Notes: generated by a model from the letters alone, not told the origin. A stretch of DNA of 64,000 nt from Octopus sinensis (GCF_006345805.1 NC_042999.1:105338001-105402000), one strand, 5' to 3'; counted from the first letter of the stretch, positions 11,752-24,774 are shown. Made by a program: numbers and translations.

Positions 11752-13201
11752 CAGAAAATGGAGAAATATTGATGAAAAACAATTGACTTACAAAAATTAT
11801 TATTTATTGATTCAATACAAATAGACTGCATCCCATCTAACACCTATTCCTGCTTTCAATGTTGTAAATATGGTATGGTTTTGCCATTGACATGCTAGAA
11901 ATTTTTATCATATTTTGTAATACAACCGATCTGAAACATAGAGCTTCATCAGAGTAAATAATAAATAAAGAAGAAGAGCATAGACAAGAAAATGGGAAAA
12001 ATTGAATTTGGTTGTAATCATACCATTTTGCTTTTGTATATCTTTGGGATGTTAAGTAAATAACTAAAAGTAAATAGTAATTGGTGGATTAATCCTTTGT
12101 ACGGTGTGGATAAGATGGATAAATAATAAAAAAATAAGAAATAAAAACAATAATAGGTTTTAGTCGGAGATACAATTAGGTTTTTGATTAATCATAATAA
12201 GTTATAATAATTATGTTTGTAGTACTAAATATTAGTATTTATCATGATAAAATGCTAATGCTAATCGATTAAATGTAAACTAGTAGGCGGTTAAGCCCTT
12301 CTACCTGTTTTCCGAAGTGAGATAGGCCAAGGTCCAGCGTTCGATGAAATTTAAAATCTAATGAACAGTTATTGAAACCGTTATACGGGGTAAATAAATA
12401 AATAAATAAATGAATGGGAAATGGTGTATGGTGTAGGGGGACCTAAAACGCTTAGAACAGTATATAATAGATTAAAAATAATATTATGAAATAAATATTA
12501 AGAGAGAAACTTGGTCCAAAAGATTTTTCAACTAGGAATGTGAACTTAGCAAAAAAAAAACTGAAACAAATTTATTCCGCAGGAAAATTAGGGTAATATT
12601 TATGGTTAAGGGGAGGTAATAACTAGGATAAGTTGCTTAAATTAGAGACTGCTTGTCTGCCATCTAGTTCACGTAATCACTGATTATTAAAATAGATACT
12701 ATTGATTAGTGCTACAAGCATAATTATTAAAAATTATTATGATTAATTAAAAACCTTATTGTATCTTCAACCCTTCTCAGACTAAAACTTTGCATATTCC
12801 ACTATTACTGTTTACTTCTTGTGTTTTTATCATTTATCCATCCTATCACCCCTGTACAAAGAATTATTCGCCAATTATTATTGTAAGTTTAGTCATTTAC
12901 TTAACGTCCCAAAGGGCAGAATGTTATGATTATCATAAGCAAAATGTTATGATTACAGCCATATTCAACTGTTCTTTTTTCTTCTCTATGCTCTTATTCT
13001 TTATGGTATTGCCATAAGCTCCATGTCTCAGATCGGTTTTATTACCAAATAACATAAATATTTTTGCATATCAATGGCAATACCATACAACATTGGAAGC
13101 AGAAACAGCTGTTAAATGGGATGCAGTCTATTTGTATTGAATTTAATGAATAATAATTGATGTAATTCATTTGCTGTTCATCAATATTTCTCCATTCTCT
13201 G
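11752..13201. repeat. Old large fold-back (inverted duplication): arms 11752-~12285 and ~12664-13201
   Basis: Shared anchors gggatgcagtctatttgtattgaat, catcaatatttctccatt, tcagatcggtt, tttacttaac.tcccaaag, ctatgctctt; moderately diverged. Confidence 0.85.
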
Positions 13202-13228
13202 TTATAAATATATAATATAATATAATAG

Positions 13229-13260
<32 letters not shown>

Positions 13261-13269
13261 CGCCATGCT

Positions 13270-13445
13270 TGATCGCTAAATTCCCAAGTACTTTTTATTC
13301 TCTCTCTATTTTCTTATATTCCTTTATGTTGAAGAGTGTAGGTTCGAAACGTAAAAGGCTTTCTCACTTGCCCGAGCGTCAAACTAACACACCTGCTTGT
13401 TGTTCATAATCTCTCTTCGCCCGTTTTTCTGTAAATTTCAACTAT
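13270..13445 (+). repeat. PLE-LTR-like repeat with decayed minimal HHR (13322-13357), abutting (TA)n
   Basis: cttt-ATGTTGA-a-gagt gtag gttc-GAAACGTA-aaag. Confidence 0.7.
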
Positions 13446-13453
13446 ATATACAC

Positions 13454-13735
<282 letters not shown>

Positions 13736-15080
13736 TAGTTTGGTTTCATCGTCCAAGGCAAATGATTTTATAAGAGACAATGCCGCTCGATAATGTGTCA
13801 ACGCATGGGTTGCCTCCAGTCTCCAGGTGCCGATATCCTACGTCCCACGCGCTAGCATTTCCGACAATCCTCTACACTGGTTTATTAAAATTGACACTCA
13901 AATGCACAGGAACTGTCACTCACACTATAAATATATACATCATATACTAGAAAACTCCGAAGGACAAAAATTATAATTTTTTTCCCAGTTGCACAAATAT
14001 ATAAGATACATTTGGTACATTGTAGGTCTGCATGCATGTGTTTATAATTGTATGTTTATAATTGTATGTTTATAATTCTATGTGTATGAATATGTGCGTG
14101 TGAGTTTGCGTCTAGGTGTATACGTGAGAAACATAACTGTTCCATGACATCACGCTAATGATAGATAAAAAGCTTGTTGGAAGAAAACAAATTTCTACCT
14201 GCTGTGGAATATCGACAATTTCACTTTTTATAGTAAACAGTGAGACACACAAAAACACGGACAGACAAATGCACTTACATGAATTCGTGTGTATGAATGT
14301 GTATGTGTGTGTACGTGTGTGTATGTGTTAATAGTTTCACTAAAAACGACTTGCATAAGACTGCATGGAAATGTAAAAACACTTCAATCATGTGAATAGT
14401 TGCTTCTCAGACACAAGGGTTTCACACGTAGTTAGAACAGCTTTTCATTGTATAATGAGTCTCGTTTGAATTGCTTTGTTCAGATGACGTGACGTAAATA
14501 CCATTTGTAGACTGGTGTTGTTGAATGTATGGAGGTCACTAGGAAGTGTCAAGCGCTACTGAAAAAGAAGGTTACTGGCTGGTGTTAGAATCAGAAGCTG
14601 GCAGCTAATAGTATGTAGTATTGTAATAGTATTGTAGCATAGGTTGATGAAATACTCTCGCTTGCTTTAGGTAGAGATTGCAATAAAATATAGAAGTTTA
14701 TGAAGGATTTCAGAAGTACTGTTTGTGATAGTTTCCCTGATGTTTTGTGGAAAATATGAATAGAATGTGTTGTATATATGTTTAGTTACTGAAAGCAATA
14801 AAATTTGTAAATGTATGGCAATAATTATTGAATAATATTAATCTCCCCTTGTTAAAAGTTATCCTGCAGAAAGTACTAAACACCAGCAGAGTTGCAACTA
14901 TATACGATTGTTACTTGATACCCCTGGCTTATAAAATATGTGTGATTTCACAGAAAAACAAATCGACTACGCAGCGAGCAAAGAGGCAGCTAACATCTTA
15001 CAAATACCAAGCAACATACACTCCATTTCTTTTCATTTTTCCCGAAAAACTTTAATACCAATCACCTTCTCTAGTCTTTA

Positions 15081-16220
15081 CGGTGTTGGGCTGAAAAGTT
15101 CATGAGATGATTATGAAGTAGTGGTGCAAGAGCTGTGAAATGTGGCAAGTGTTAATTTTAGCTTTTCTTATTAATAATTACATTGTTTTTTCTCCAGGTA
15201 AACTGACATCCGACTGATCAAGGAACATGTCAACATAACTAGTAGTTATCACCCTTGAAAATGGACAAACTTTGGAATCGTAGTATTATCAAGTACCTGC
15301 AGAAAAATGTTATAATCCTCAAGGCCATTAATGCAACATGGTAGCTACATTAGGAGATAAAGCTCCATCTTTATCAACAGGGAAAATGTGGGAAACTGAA
15401 TTTAAGTAGGAGGGATTATCTTGAAGATAACCAAAGTCTAGGCGTCCAGCAAATATCACTATCGAAGGAAACATTGATGTTCACCACATGGTGATGGATG
15501 ACAGGTCATTGATTATGTATTAAATAGCCAAAGATATTAGCATATCCCGTGAAAGCGTTGAGAATATATTGCATAAAGAACTTGGCATGACAAAGGTTTC
15601 AGGTAGATCCAGCTAGTTTCTTTAAATGTCTCCTACCCCCGGCTGCATGCTGAGTTCATTGCCGTGAGCCAGAGAAAAGGGAGAATCCATGCATTAAAAA
15701 CATCCCTCCTCAACTGCTCCAAGATGATGCATGGAAGATGGTGGACTCAGTAGTCTGGGATGTGTATGGCAATGTCTTTATTGACTACCTTCAAAATGGC
15801 CACACCATCAATGGAGGGGGCCATGCCTATCTGTTGAAGTTGTTACGAGAATCTATCAAGACCAAAATCGAGGAAATTGACGAAAGTTAACTTGTTTCGT
15901 CAGGACAATGCTCCAGCAAAGCATCTTTGGTTTCAATGACTGTTGTGCGTGACTATAGATTTAAACTAGTTGATCAACCACCCTATTCTCCTGATTTGGA
16001 ACCATCTGATTATTCTCTCTGATCCCTAACATGAAAACGCACTTGCCTGGGAACAAGTATCTCAGTGATGACGTTATACCTGCTGCTGATATCATTTTGA
16101 CCAATAAGCTGAAAGCTTCTTTACGAATGCGTTCCAAGTACTGCAACAATCATAGGTTACATTTGGTTACGTTCTCTGAGTGTATCTGGATCAGTGTATG
16201 AACGTTTCAGCCCATACTCG
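15081..16220 (+). mobile_element. Mariner (DD34D) transposon relic with both TIRs and TA target-site duplication; internal deletion, many stops
   Basis: TIRs cggtgttgggctgaaaagttcat / atgaacgtttcagcccatactcg flanked by TA (15079-80, 16221-22); peptides HKELGMTKVS, FRQDNAPA, PYSPDLEPSDY. Confidence 0.93.
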
Positions 16221-17739
16221 TAGTCTATCCTCGTTTACAATACCTTGCTTTTAACCAGTCTTTGAGAAGTACCTCGGAGCAAGACAATTTTTTTCCTCTC
16301 TCCCACTATAACTTGTTGCAAAACTTTCACATAGAAAGTTGATCAATTCAACATCTTCATAACATTACTGGAGACTGCAGCATATCAAACACATGTTGAT
16401 CAGTTGGATAACGGAGTTTTATTGCAGATATAAAATGAAGACAGTTCCACGAAATGTACGTGTGACACTGTTTGTTTTAAGGCACCCATGAGTAGTAAAC
16501 CCGTAGTTGTGTTGCCTTTGAGAATCCTACTCTTCTCCTTCTTCTTTGTAGTGTCTGCCACGAAGTATCACCTGCATTTCTGACCCTGCACAATGAACCA
16601 CTGCTTCATAGCTGGAAATTTCACACCGTTCCTGTCAGATTACATCGCACCGAGTGTCTCCTTCCACATCGCAAATGCAACTCTCTGGTCCACCGCTACC
16701 TTCGCTTTTCACTTATGTCCATCATAGATTAGAAGCCACATTTTGAAGTAGGCGAATTCTCAAATTCCTACATCCTCATAACCAAGAAATCTATGGTCGC
16801 TTTCTTTCAATAGACAAATAGTAATATTAGGGAATATCCTTTAGACACGGAAACACTTCATATGCTTTATACGCAGTAGTTGACGCAAAGTTGTTGGTAA
16901 CTATACAAACAGGTGACAATAAATCTTTACCTTTTCATAAATCAGTTTCCTGTTTAACAAATTCAACCACTCGCTACTATATATAAATCTTATTTATTCA
17001 TATGTGTATGTATGTCTGTCTTTTGTTTGTATTTGTTCTCCCAATGATGTTTTTTTTTATTTACATCTATGTAAATTAGCATTTCCCTCAAGAGAACGTT
17101 AGAATAAGCACCGCCTTTAAAAAAGTTAAATTGTGAGATTGATTCGTTCGACTAAAATATTTGACGATGGTACCTCAGCATGACGCATTCCAATAACTAA
17201 AACACGTAAAACATATATATTTACATAAGTATACATATGTATATACATGTGCATACTTCAGTTCGTGTGTGTGTGTGTGTCCGTGTGTGTATATGTGTGT
17301 GTAAGTATGTCGGGTCAGGTACTATTTTAATGCAGACCATTTTAGCATAATTGTTACAAGGATTCATAACAGACACACATTAGCAGCAATTATGCATAAA
17401 GATACATTTACACATATACATGTATGCACACGCATTCACACAGGCACACACACGCATACACATATAATGCGAATGGTGCTACTGTTACTAGAATGCAAGG
17501 CAGCGCCCTTGCATCGCCGCAGTCTCGTGACTGAAACGAGAAGAAATATATAACACACATACATGTTATAACGGTAACATTGGAAACATTACGAATAATA
17601 ATAGTAAAAATAACGATACGATTAATACCAATTTTATTAACGTTAATAACCTTAAGAATAACGATCATAAAGCCATACTAATAACAACAAAATTAACAGT
17701 TATCGTAATAATAATACACATAGTAGAAACATGAAAAAC

Positions 17740-18150
17740 ACTAATAAGAACTCATTTGTTAATAAAGAAGTGAAAAGTTACAGTTTAAGAGAGAAAGCTG
17801 AATGTCCAATGGGAAATGAATGTCTACGGAAGACCATTATATATAAAAGCATATTCTAGGTTCAAACAAAACATTTGCATATATAGTTGCTACAAGTGAT
17901 TTAGAAATAAAAATTCGATGGCCTAATCGTGTTGTATTATTCCAAAGCGTAGACAAAAGGCACAAAACATCTCTCACCAACCTTATATGCAATGCCATAG
18001 AAAAAGAGCACTATGTAATATTTCCTGTCACTGATAAAAACTACGTACCCATACAATGAGAACTATAGTTTAAGCAATCTTTGCTTAGAACATATTCTGT
18101 GTCTTTTACTGTTCAAGGATTAATTAATCAACATACACTCTGACATCATT
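17740..18150 (+). mobile_element. Degraded Penelope-like element GIY-YIG C-terminal fragment (Naiad-like)
   Basis: Frameshifted peptides REKAECPMGNECLRKTIIYK, YIVATS, KRHKTSLT, NLCLEHIL. Confidence 0.6.
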
Positions 18151-18407
18151 ACGATGCGTACCTCTAAGTTTAGAAAAGTTTTCAATACATATTCAGAAAA
18201 TATTTAATACCCAGCATTTAATTACTTAATCAATATAAGTGAGCGCTTTAATCATGCAACTCTCTGTAAGTAGTTTTGCATATATCAACCACCGTATCTA
18301 TTTAGAAATGTGAATATGCTAATTTATTCATATAATTTTGTCAACCTTTACTGTTTTAGCTCTTAACTATATCGTAAATTTTAAATCGTTAACTTTTGAT
18401 TTCCCTA

Positions 18408-18497
18408 TGTATGTATGTGTGTAAGTATGTATGTATGTATTATGTATGTATGTATGTATGTATGTATGTATGTATGTATGTATGTATGTATGTATGA
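18408..18497. repeat. (TATG)n microsatellite
   Basis: Direct reading. Confidence 0.95.
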
Positions 18498-19274
18498 ATG
18501 TATGTGTGTTATATATTTCTTCTCGTTTCAGTCATAAGACTGCGGCCCTGCAAGGGCACTGCCTTGCATTCTAGTCGAGCTTATCGACCTCAGAATTAAT
18601 TATCTATTCGTTTGTAAAGCCTGGTACATTCGATCTAAGCCGAACCGCTAAGAAACGGAGATGTAAGAACCAGTGTTGGGGAACAAGCACATAAACAGAG
18701 GCATACACACTCATGTACATATGTATGTGTGTGTGTGTGTGTGTGTCCGTGCGTGTGTATATAGGATGGGTTTCTTTCAGTTTCGTTCTACCAAATCCAT
18801 ACACAATGTTTCCGTTAGCACAAGGATATACAGGTCTGTATATACGAGTATATAGTAGGTGGCAACTGAAAAAACCCCATCACAGACAAGGACGCAACAC
18901 ACACATACGCGTGCGCATACGCACGCACCCTCCCACCTTTTTCCACTTCTTTTGACAGGCTGAACTGAATTTGCGGTTTAGGATCATATGATATTTTTTC
19001 TTAACTATCATATGGTAATGAAATTATTGTAATTGAATCAACATGAGGTATCTATTCTGTGGAATATATTTGGATTTAGCAAACTCTTTGTATTTATGAC
19101 TTATAAAAATACACTTACCAAACTTGCAGAAATACTACTGAGATGATGTAAAGCAAATACCACCATGAATGATATCCAAACTATAGTGGAAATGCAAGCC
19201 ACTGGATTTGGTTAAAAAGAGACGGGGAGCAACGGCTAAAAGAATATTGAGCTATATCTGATAACCATGATAAT

Positions 19275-19445
19275 CATGCCCGATGATGCAATCAAGAGAT
19301 AGGCCCCGAAACGCTGCGCATTCTCTCTTGATGATCCCATGCACTTTCTAGCATCCGGTATGCGGGACTTTCGACTGGTAGAACTTGCATGTGCAAGTTG
19401 TTTACAAAACATCTATGTGCATGTGCAAGTTGTTTGGAAAACATC
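19275..19445 (+). repeat. Dispersed repeat homologous to 5165-5310, with decayed HHR-like motif and an internal tandem duplication
   Basis: See 5165-5310; tgcatgtgcaagttgttt..aaaacatct occurs twice. Confidence 0.7.
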
Positions 19446-21021
19446 TCTGGCAATATCTCGGCAATGATGGTAAAGTGGAGATTAATCCATTGTAGTATTA
19501 TACCATAAAGTGTGTTTACTCAATCAATTATATTTTCTTTATATGTTATTCAACGAATATCCACAGATTTCAACATGTATCTTTGGCAATGTAATCTATT
19601 TTGGACCTATGTTAGTCGATACCTGTAGAAGGTCTATCTATAGCAAACTACGAGGTATATATCAAAATTGAATTGTACCTTACTTTCTGCAATATGGATA
19701 CCTCATCGTTCTCATTCATCATCCACTTCTTTACATCCGTAAGTCCAGGTCATTTTGGGGGAAATTTAGGATTTCATTCTTAACTGAGCTGCTACATGTT
19801 TTTTGCTAACAACAATTTCAGCATTGTTCATCACAATATGACCGAAAAATATGCTTATAAGAAAGAGTTATGTGTTTCACGTTCCTCGTGAGCCGATTCT
19901 ACCCATAATAAATAAATAAATAATGCAAAGTGACAAACGCCGGGATGCATTACTGGTGTGTGTGTATATATATATGTATATATATATGTGTGTGCATGTG
20001 TGTGTGATATGTATGTGTGTGTGCGTATGTATTTATGTATGTAATGATATTTATATTTATATGCAAAGATAGTAACATATATTCACATACATGGTTACCT
20101 AGAAAAATATTTACTTATATGTGTTGGAATATTTGAATATATATTTATATATGTGTGTGTGTGAGTGTATGTGTGTTTGTCTGTGTGTGTGAGTATGTGT
20201 GAGTGTGTGTGAGTGTGCGTGAGCGTGCGAGTGTGATTACATATATACACATTATATTTGTTTGTTTGTATATAGATATATACGCACAAAATCGCATAAT
20301 TATATTATTTTGTAGAAATATATATATATACACCTGTTTGAATATAACTGAGGTATCTATCTAATAATGTGTCTACTTATTCCCGTATCTCTCTGCCTAC
20401 TTGCCTCGCTCTAACAATTTACCTTCTTTTTATATTCATTCTATGCTTTTGTATTTGTGTCTTTTTATATACAGGTATATTAAGGCATATATATTAAACG
20501 CTCACAGTCACTCATATATACTTACACTTATTTTTCTTATGTGATTGCGTGCTGCCAATAATGTGTATGATTTAAAATACACTAACCCTGAAACGCTGTG
20601 AATAAAATACGAAAACTATAAATTTCTTGAAGAAATTCGGTTTAATGCCCTAGCCTAATTATAAATTCCACCCAAAAAATAATAATGCATAGCTACTGAT
20701 TATATAGTTCCTGCATAAATAATTACTAGGTTAGGTTACAGCTAGAGGCAATAAGGTTTTAATTTTCTCTTCCAATTGAAAGTGAAAAAATTACGTGTTT
20801 GTGAATAAATTTACAAGATTGGGATCCTATATGCCTACATACATACATGCATACATACATACACACATACATACATGCATGCATACATACGTACGCACGT
20901 ACATATATACATACATGTGAGTATGTTTGTGTGTGTGTGTGAGAGAGAGAGAAAGAGGGCAATATGTGTATGCTTGTGTGGGAGTCTTTACCTGTTCGGG
21001 AACACATTCAGACATACATAT

Positions 21022-21075
<54 letters not shown>

Positions 21076-21752
21076 TCGTTTCATGTTTTACGAGCTGTTA
21101 ATAGTAGCCATATGCATATACATACTCACAAATATGTGTGCGTGCCAAGCAATCAATTCAGATCAGGATATATTACCAACCTCAGCTTTTCTCTTTATAT
21201 CTCTCGTGTTATATATATTTCGCCCTATCTGTCTCTTTGAATATATACAAACATACATTCAAATGAATGAACCGATTTCGCTCCGCAATATATAATAAAG
21301 AAATGCAAAAGAAAATTCTAGCTAAGTCACAAGTATTTACTCACAATCAACTTATATTTCTTGCCTTACAAATATTCAATGTCGCCACCACCGGCATCAC
21401 AGGCAACAACAGTGCGATAACAGAATTCCTCCCTGACGAGTATCAGCATATCAAAAACTTTATTATAGAATGAAAGAAACAATTTGCTTCGCTTGAGGCG
21501 ATTCCAGGAGATATTGTCATAGAAGGGAAACGGAAAAACTTCGATAAAGCATTCAGCCAGATAGCCAAAGAAGTACTCAGTGGATCATGATATGCTGATA
21601 CGCGTCTGAGACAACATTCATGTTGTCCGTGCTTCAGGAAATAAAAGATGATTGGGAGTAAATACTTGTGACATAGCTGGAATTTTCTGTTGCTTTTCCT
21701 TATTAAAATATTGCGTAATGAAATCGGCTCATTATTTTTGAATAATTGTATA

Positions 21753-21820
<68 letters not shown>

Positions 21821-21939
21821 TAGATAAGAAAGTTGGTTTGTAAAAGCACGTGGGTGAATATATAGAAAATAATAAAGAGTGAAAAAACGACAGAAGGCTT
21901 AAATGTTAAAAAATATATATATTTTTGCGTCAATATGTC

Positions 21940-22838
21940 TGAAGAATATTAGAAAATTAAAAAAAAAATTTTTTTCTCTTATAATGACATAATTTAAAAG
22001 AAAGACCGGTTTCGCGTGTAGCTTTTCAAATTTCTTGCGACGTTATGTTTATGTTGAATAGAGTTATCGTTATGTTTATATTCAGGAGAGTTCAACATAA
22101 GGGGAGGTAGTGAGTGATTTCTTCCGGTGTAAGGGAGATAATCGCTTAAAAACTTTTTCCTTTCCCTTGGTGTGAATTTCTCTGTATCAGTATGTTCGGA
22201 TGGTTGAGTCTGGGCTTGTACTTTTCAATGAAGAATGTTTCCTTGTTTAGTCTAATTTGTGTTGATGATCCGAAAGCACATTGGTAAAATGGAAAGATTA
22301 AAAATCGTGGTAGTAGTTGCTTTTCGCATTTCTCAATGTGCTCACTAAAAGGTATCATTCTATATTCTGGGAATGCAACCTTTGTCGATGCAGTGTGCAT
22401 CTACGTCTGAGTGATAGTCCCGTGGAACCCACGTAGTCTTCGTGGCAGCCTGAGCATTTTATGACGTAAATTATGTTTTCAGAGGCACAAGTAAAGTTAG
22501 ATTTGATCTTGAATTTCTGTCCCTCTTTAAAGAGGCATTCTGATCCTTCTAGCAGGTTAGGACATGTTGCACAGTTCGATCTACCACATTTTTTTACCTT
22601 TGCATCCGTAATTTCAGAAGACAATTTTGCCTTTGTGAGAATCTTTTTAAGTGATTTAGGCTGTTTGTAGCTTTTAGTGATTTGGTGTATGTTTAGAATT
22701 TCCTTTAATTTGGGGTCTTTATGAAGTATTGGTAAATTCTGGGTGATGATGGGGAAGGCTTCTTTGTTTCTGGGGTTGTATGTAGATATGTAAGGTAGTA
22801 TTTTCGGGGAAGGTGTGTTGTTGTGTTGAACTTTTCTT
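21940..22838 (-). mobile_element. 5'-truncated Penelope-like element (linker + GIY-YIG endonuclease + pseudo-LTR)
   Basis: LPYISTYNP...KKCGRSNCATCP...FTCASENIIYVIKCSGCHEDYVGSTG...RCTLHR, frameshift, then SEHIEKC...RLNKETFFIEKYKPRLN; 5' end abuts (TA)n. Confidence 0.92.
21998..22036 (-). ncRNA. Minimal type I hammerhead variant (U3-A8 core) in the 3' pseudo-LTR of the PLE
   Basis: aagaaa-t-TTGAAAA-gc tacac gc-GAAAC-cg-GTC-tttctt: 6-bp stem I, palindromic helix III ACCGGU, GUC triplet. Confidence 0.6.
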
Positions 22839-23011
22839 ATATATATATATAATTTATAAACATAGGCAAAAGAAAAAATATTTCTATGCTAATATGCTGC
22901 GAATAGATTTTAGATCATCAATTTTCACTTTTATAATATACATTCACTATAGATACACGTCATGCTGAAATTGAGGAAGACAAGCAAACAGAATTTTGAA
23001 AAAAATTGTTA

Positions 23012-23070
23012 TTTCTATATTTAATCAATTTCGGGATTAATCCTACGGATTTTTCCCTCTTCAGTAGAAA
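23012..23070 (-). ncRNA. Type I hammerhead ribozyme, intact core, AUA cleavage triplet
   Basis: tttcta-CTGAAGA-ggga aa aatcc gta ggatt aa tccc-GAAA-tt gatta aa-TA-tagaaa; predicted cut between 23018 and 23017. Confidence 0.85.
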
Positions 23071-23129
23071 ATGCGATATGAATTAAATGAAATACTTAAA
23101 AGCACCCTTGGAAAAAAGTAGAAGCAAGA

Positions 23130-23302
23130 GTCATGTATACACAAAAGTACTCCAGTTATATCTAAGTGTAAAATCCTTTAGCAAGCCTCGTGAAATATAG
23201 TGTCTTCCTCAATAACACAGCACGCAGACCGGTCCGGGAATCGAACTCGCACTCTCACGATCGTAAGCTCGACGCTCTCACACCTGAGCCATGCGCCTTC
23301 AC
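23130..23302 (-). mobile_element. tRNA-derived SINE head
   Basis: Minus strand: gaaggcgcatggctcagg...gagttcgattcccggaccgg (Pol III B-box-like). Confidence 0.7.
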
Positions 23303-23564
23303 ATATATAAATACCTATCTATCTATATACGACATTTTTTTGTTTACGTATATACATACATGCACATATATGTATATAGGCTCCGGCAGGGGGGGGGCGA
23401 TCCCTGCCGTAGTCTTTCGCCGCAACTTTCTCTCACTGTTTCTTCTGTTGGCCTGCTCGTTTAGCCAGTGGGGTGGCGTCATTTGAAAGTTAAATCAATG
23501 CGAAGCGCATTGTGACCAGCGATGTGTAGCAACATCTGATAGCCTGGTCGGTCACGTGATCACT

Positions 23565-23606
<42 letters not shown>

Positions 23607-23634
23607 GAGAAAGAAGCAACAAGAATGGATAAGT

Positions 23635-23725
23635 TTTTAGTACAATCGTTTCATACAAAGACAGGCTTTATTAAAAGTTGCAAAAATTGCAGCATATAAA
23701 CGTGTCCCGTACTCATCAGCTAAAA
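23635..23725 (-). ncRNA. Type I hammerhead ribozyme, intact core, GUA triplet, long stem II
   Basis: ttttag-CTGATGA-gtac...gtat-GAAAC-gatt-GTA-ctaaaa; helix III ACGAUUGU is self-complementary with G-U pairs. Confidence 0.88.
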
Positions 23726-23854
23726 TACATGTGAGTTCTCTAGACATCTTAGTGGTTTTAATGAACTTTGGATATCTGTTTATGTTACTTAATTATCTAC
23801 ATTACTTCATGAGTATAGCCTCAACCACTAAGATGTCTAGAGAACTCACATGTA

Positions 23855-23945
23855 TTTTAGCTAATGAGTACGGGACACGTTTATATGCTGCAATTTTTGC
23901 AACTTTTAATAAAGCCTGTCTTTGTATGAAACGATTGTACTAAAA
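23855..23945 (+). ncRNA. Type I hammerhead copy with G5->A core mutation (predicted inactive)
   Basis: ttttag-CTAATGA-gtac...gtat-GAAAC-gatt-GTA-ctaaaa. Confidence 0.8.
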
Positions 23946-24090
23946 ACTTATCCATTCTTGTTGCTTCTTTCTCGCTTATAATCACCCCGCATTACTGTAT
24001 GGTTAAAACCGTATAGTTTTTTGGTGCATCTAAGTTAGGTACCATATTCAAGTAAATTCATTAAAATTGACTTGAATCTTTATTGCTTTT

Positions 24091-24155
<65 letters not shown>

Positions 24156-24285
24156 CATACATATATATATATACATATACAATGGCGGTGCCCCAGCATG
24201 GCCACAGCTCAAGAGCTGAAACTGGAAAACAAACATAAACATAATACATACATACATACATACACACATACACATATATACATGT

Positions 24286-24730
24286 TAGGTTGTCCAGACA
24301 GTTCCGAGAGTCTTTACGCTCACTATCATAATCCATTGTTTGAAGTGGTAGTACATCTCTTCTCCCTCATTTAAAGTAGATTTATTTTTAGTCCGGTTAC
24401 CTGTTGTTGACATTAAGATGGATAACCCAAAATTTCATATTGGTGTTGTAATGCTTCTCTTTTTTAAACATAGAAGTATATACTGCATGAGTTGCAAAAA
24501 TATTTGTGAAGTTTATGGTAGTATTGCTGTAGGTGAATCAAGTGTTCAAATGTGGTTTGTAAAATTTAATGCTGGAGAGTTAAGCTTCTAATATGACAGT
24601 CACAGTGGAAGACCTTCAAACTTGGCGGAAGAGATTTTGAAGGCAAAATTCGAAGAAAACTCAATTATCATGACAAGAGAACCTGCAGAGGAGGTGGGAG
24701 TTTCTAAAAGTACGGTTCATTAAGCATATA
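24286..24730 (+). mobile_element. Mariner 5' fragment (TIR remnant + HTH region)
   Basis: KNICEVYGSIAVGESSVQMWFVKF...HSGRPS...EEVGVSKSTVH with stops. Confidence 0.8.
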
Positions 24731-24774
24731 ATTTTTTGCATATTAAAAAACACTCATAACTTTCTGGACAACAT

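Larger units (their letters stand above)
23606..23974. mobile_element. Fold-back element: 152-bp inverted arms (23606-23757, 23823-23974), one mismatch, 65-bp spacer; each arm holds an HHR
   Basis: Base-by-base reverse-complement match except 23717/23863; left end abuts (TA)n. Confidence 0.95.

Noticed and set aside
16260-16800. Possible decayed transposase on the minus strand (VILRGRHY-like peptide)
   Set aside because: Too short and broken to assign
20545-20610. atgtgtat...atacac...gaaacg as a decayed HHR
   Set aside because: Core and stem I not recoverable
23731-23943. 70-aa ORF from the track
   Set aside because: Lies across the palindrome; no protein features
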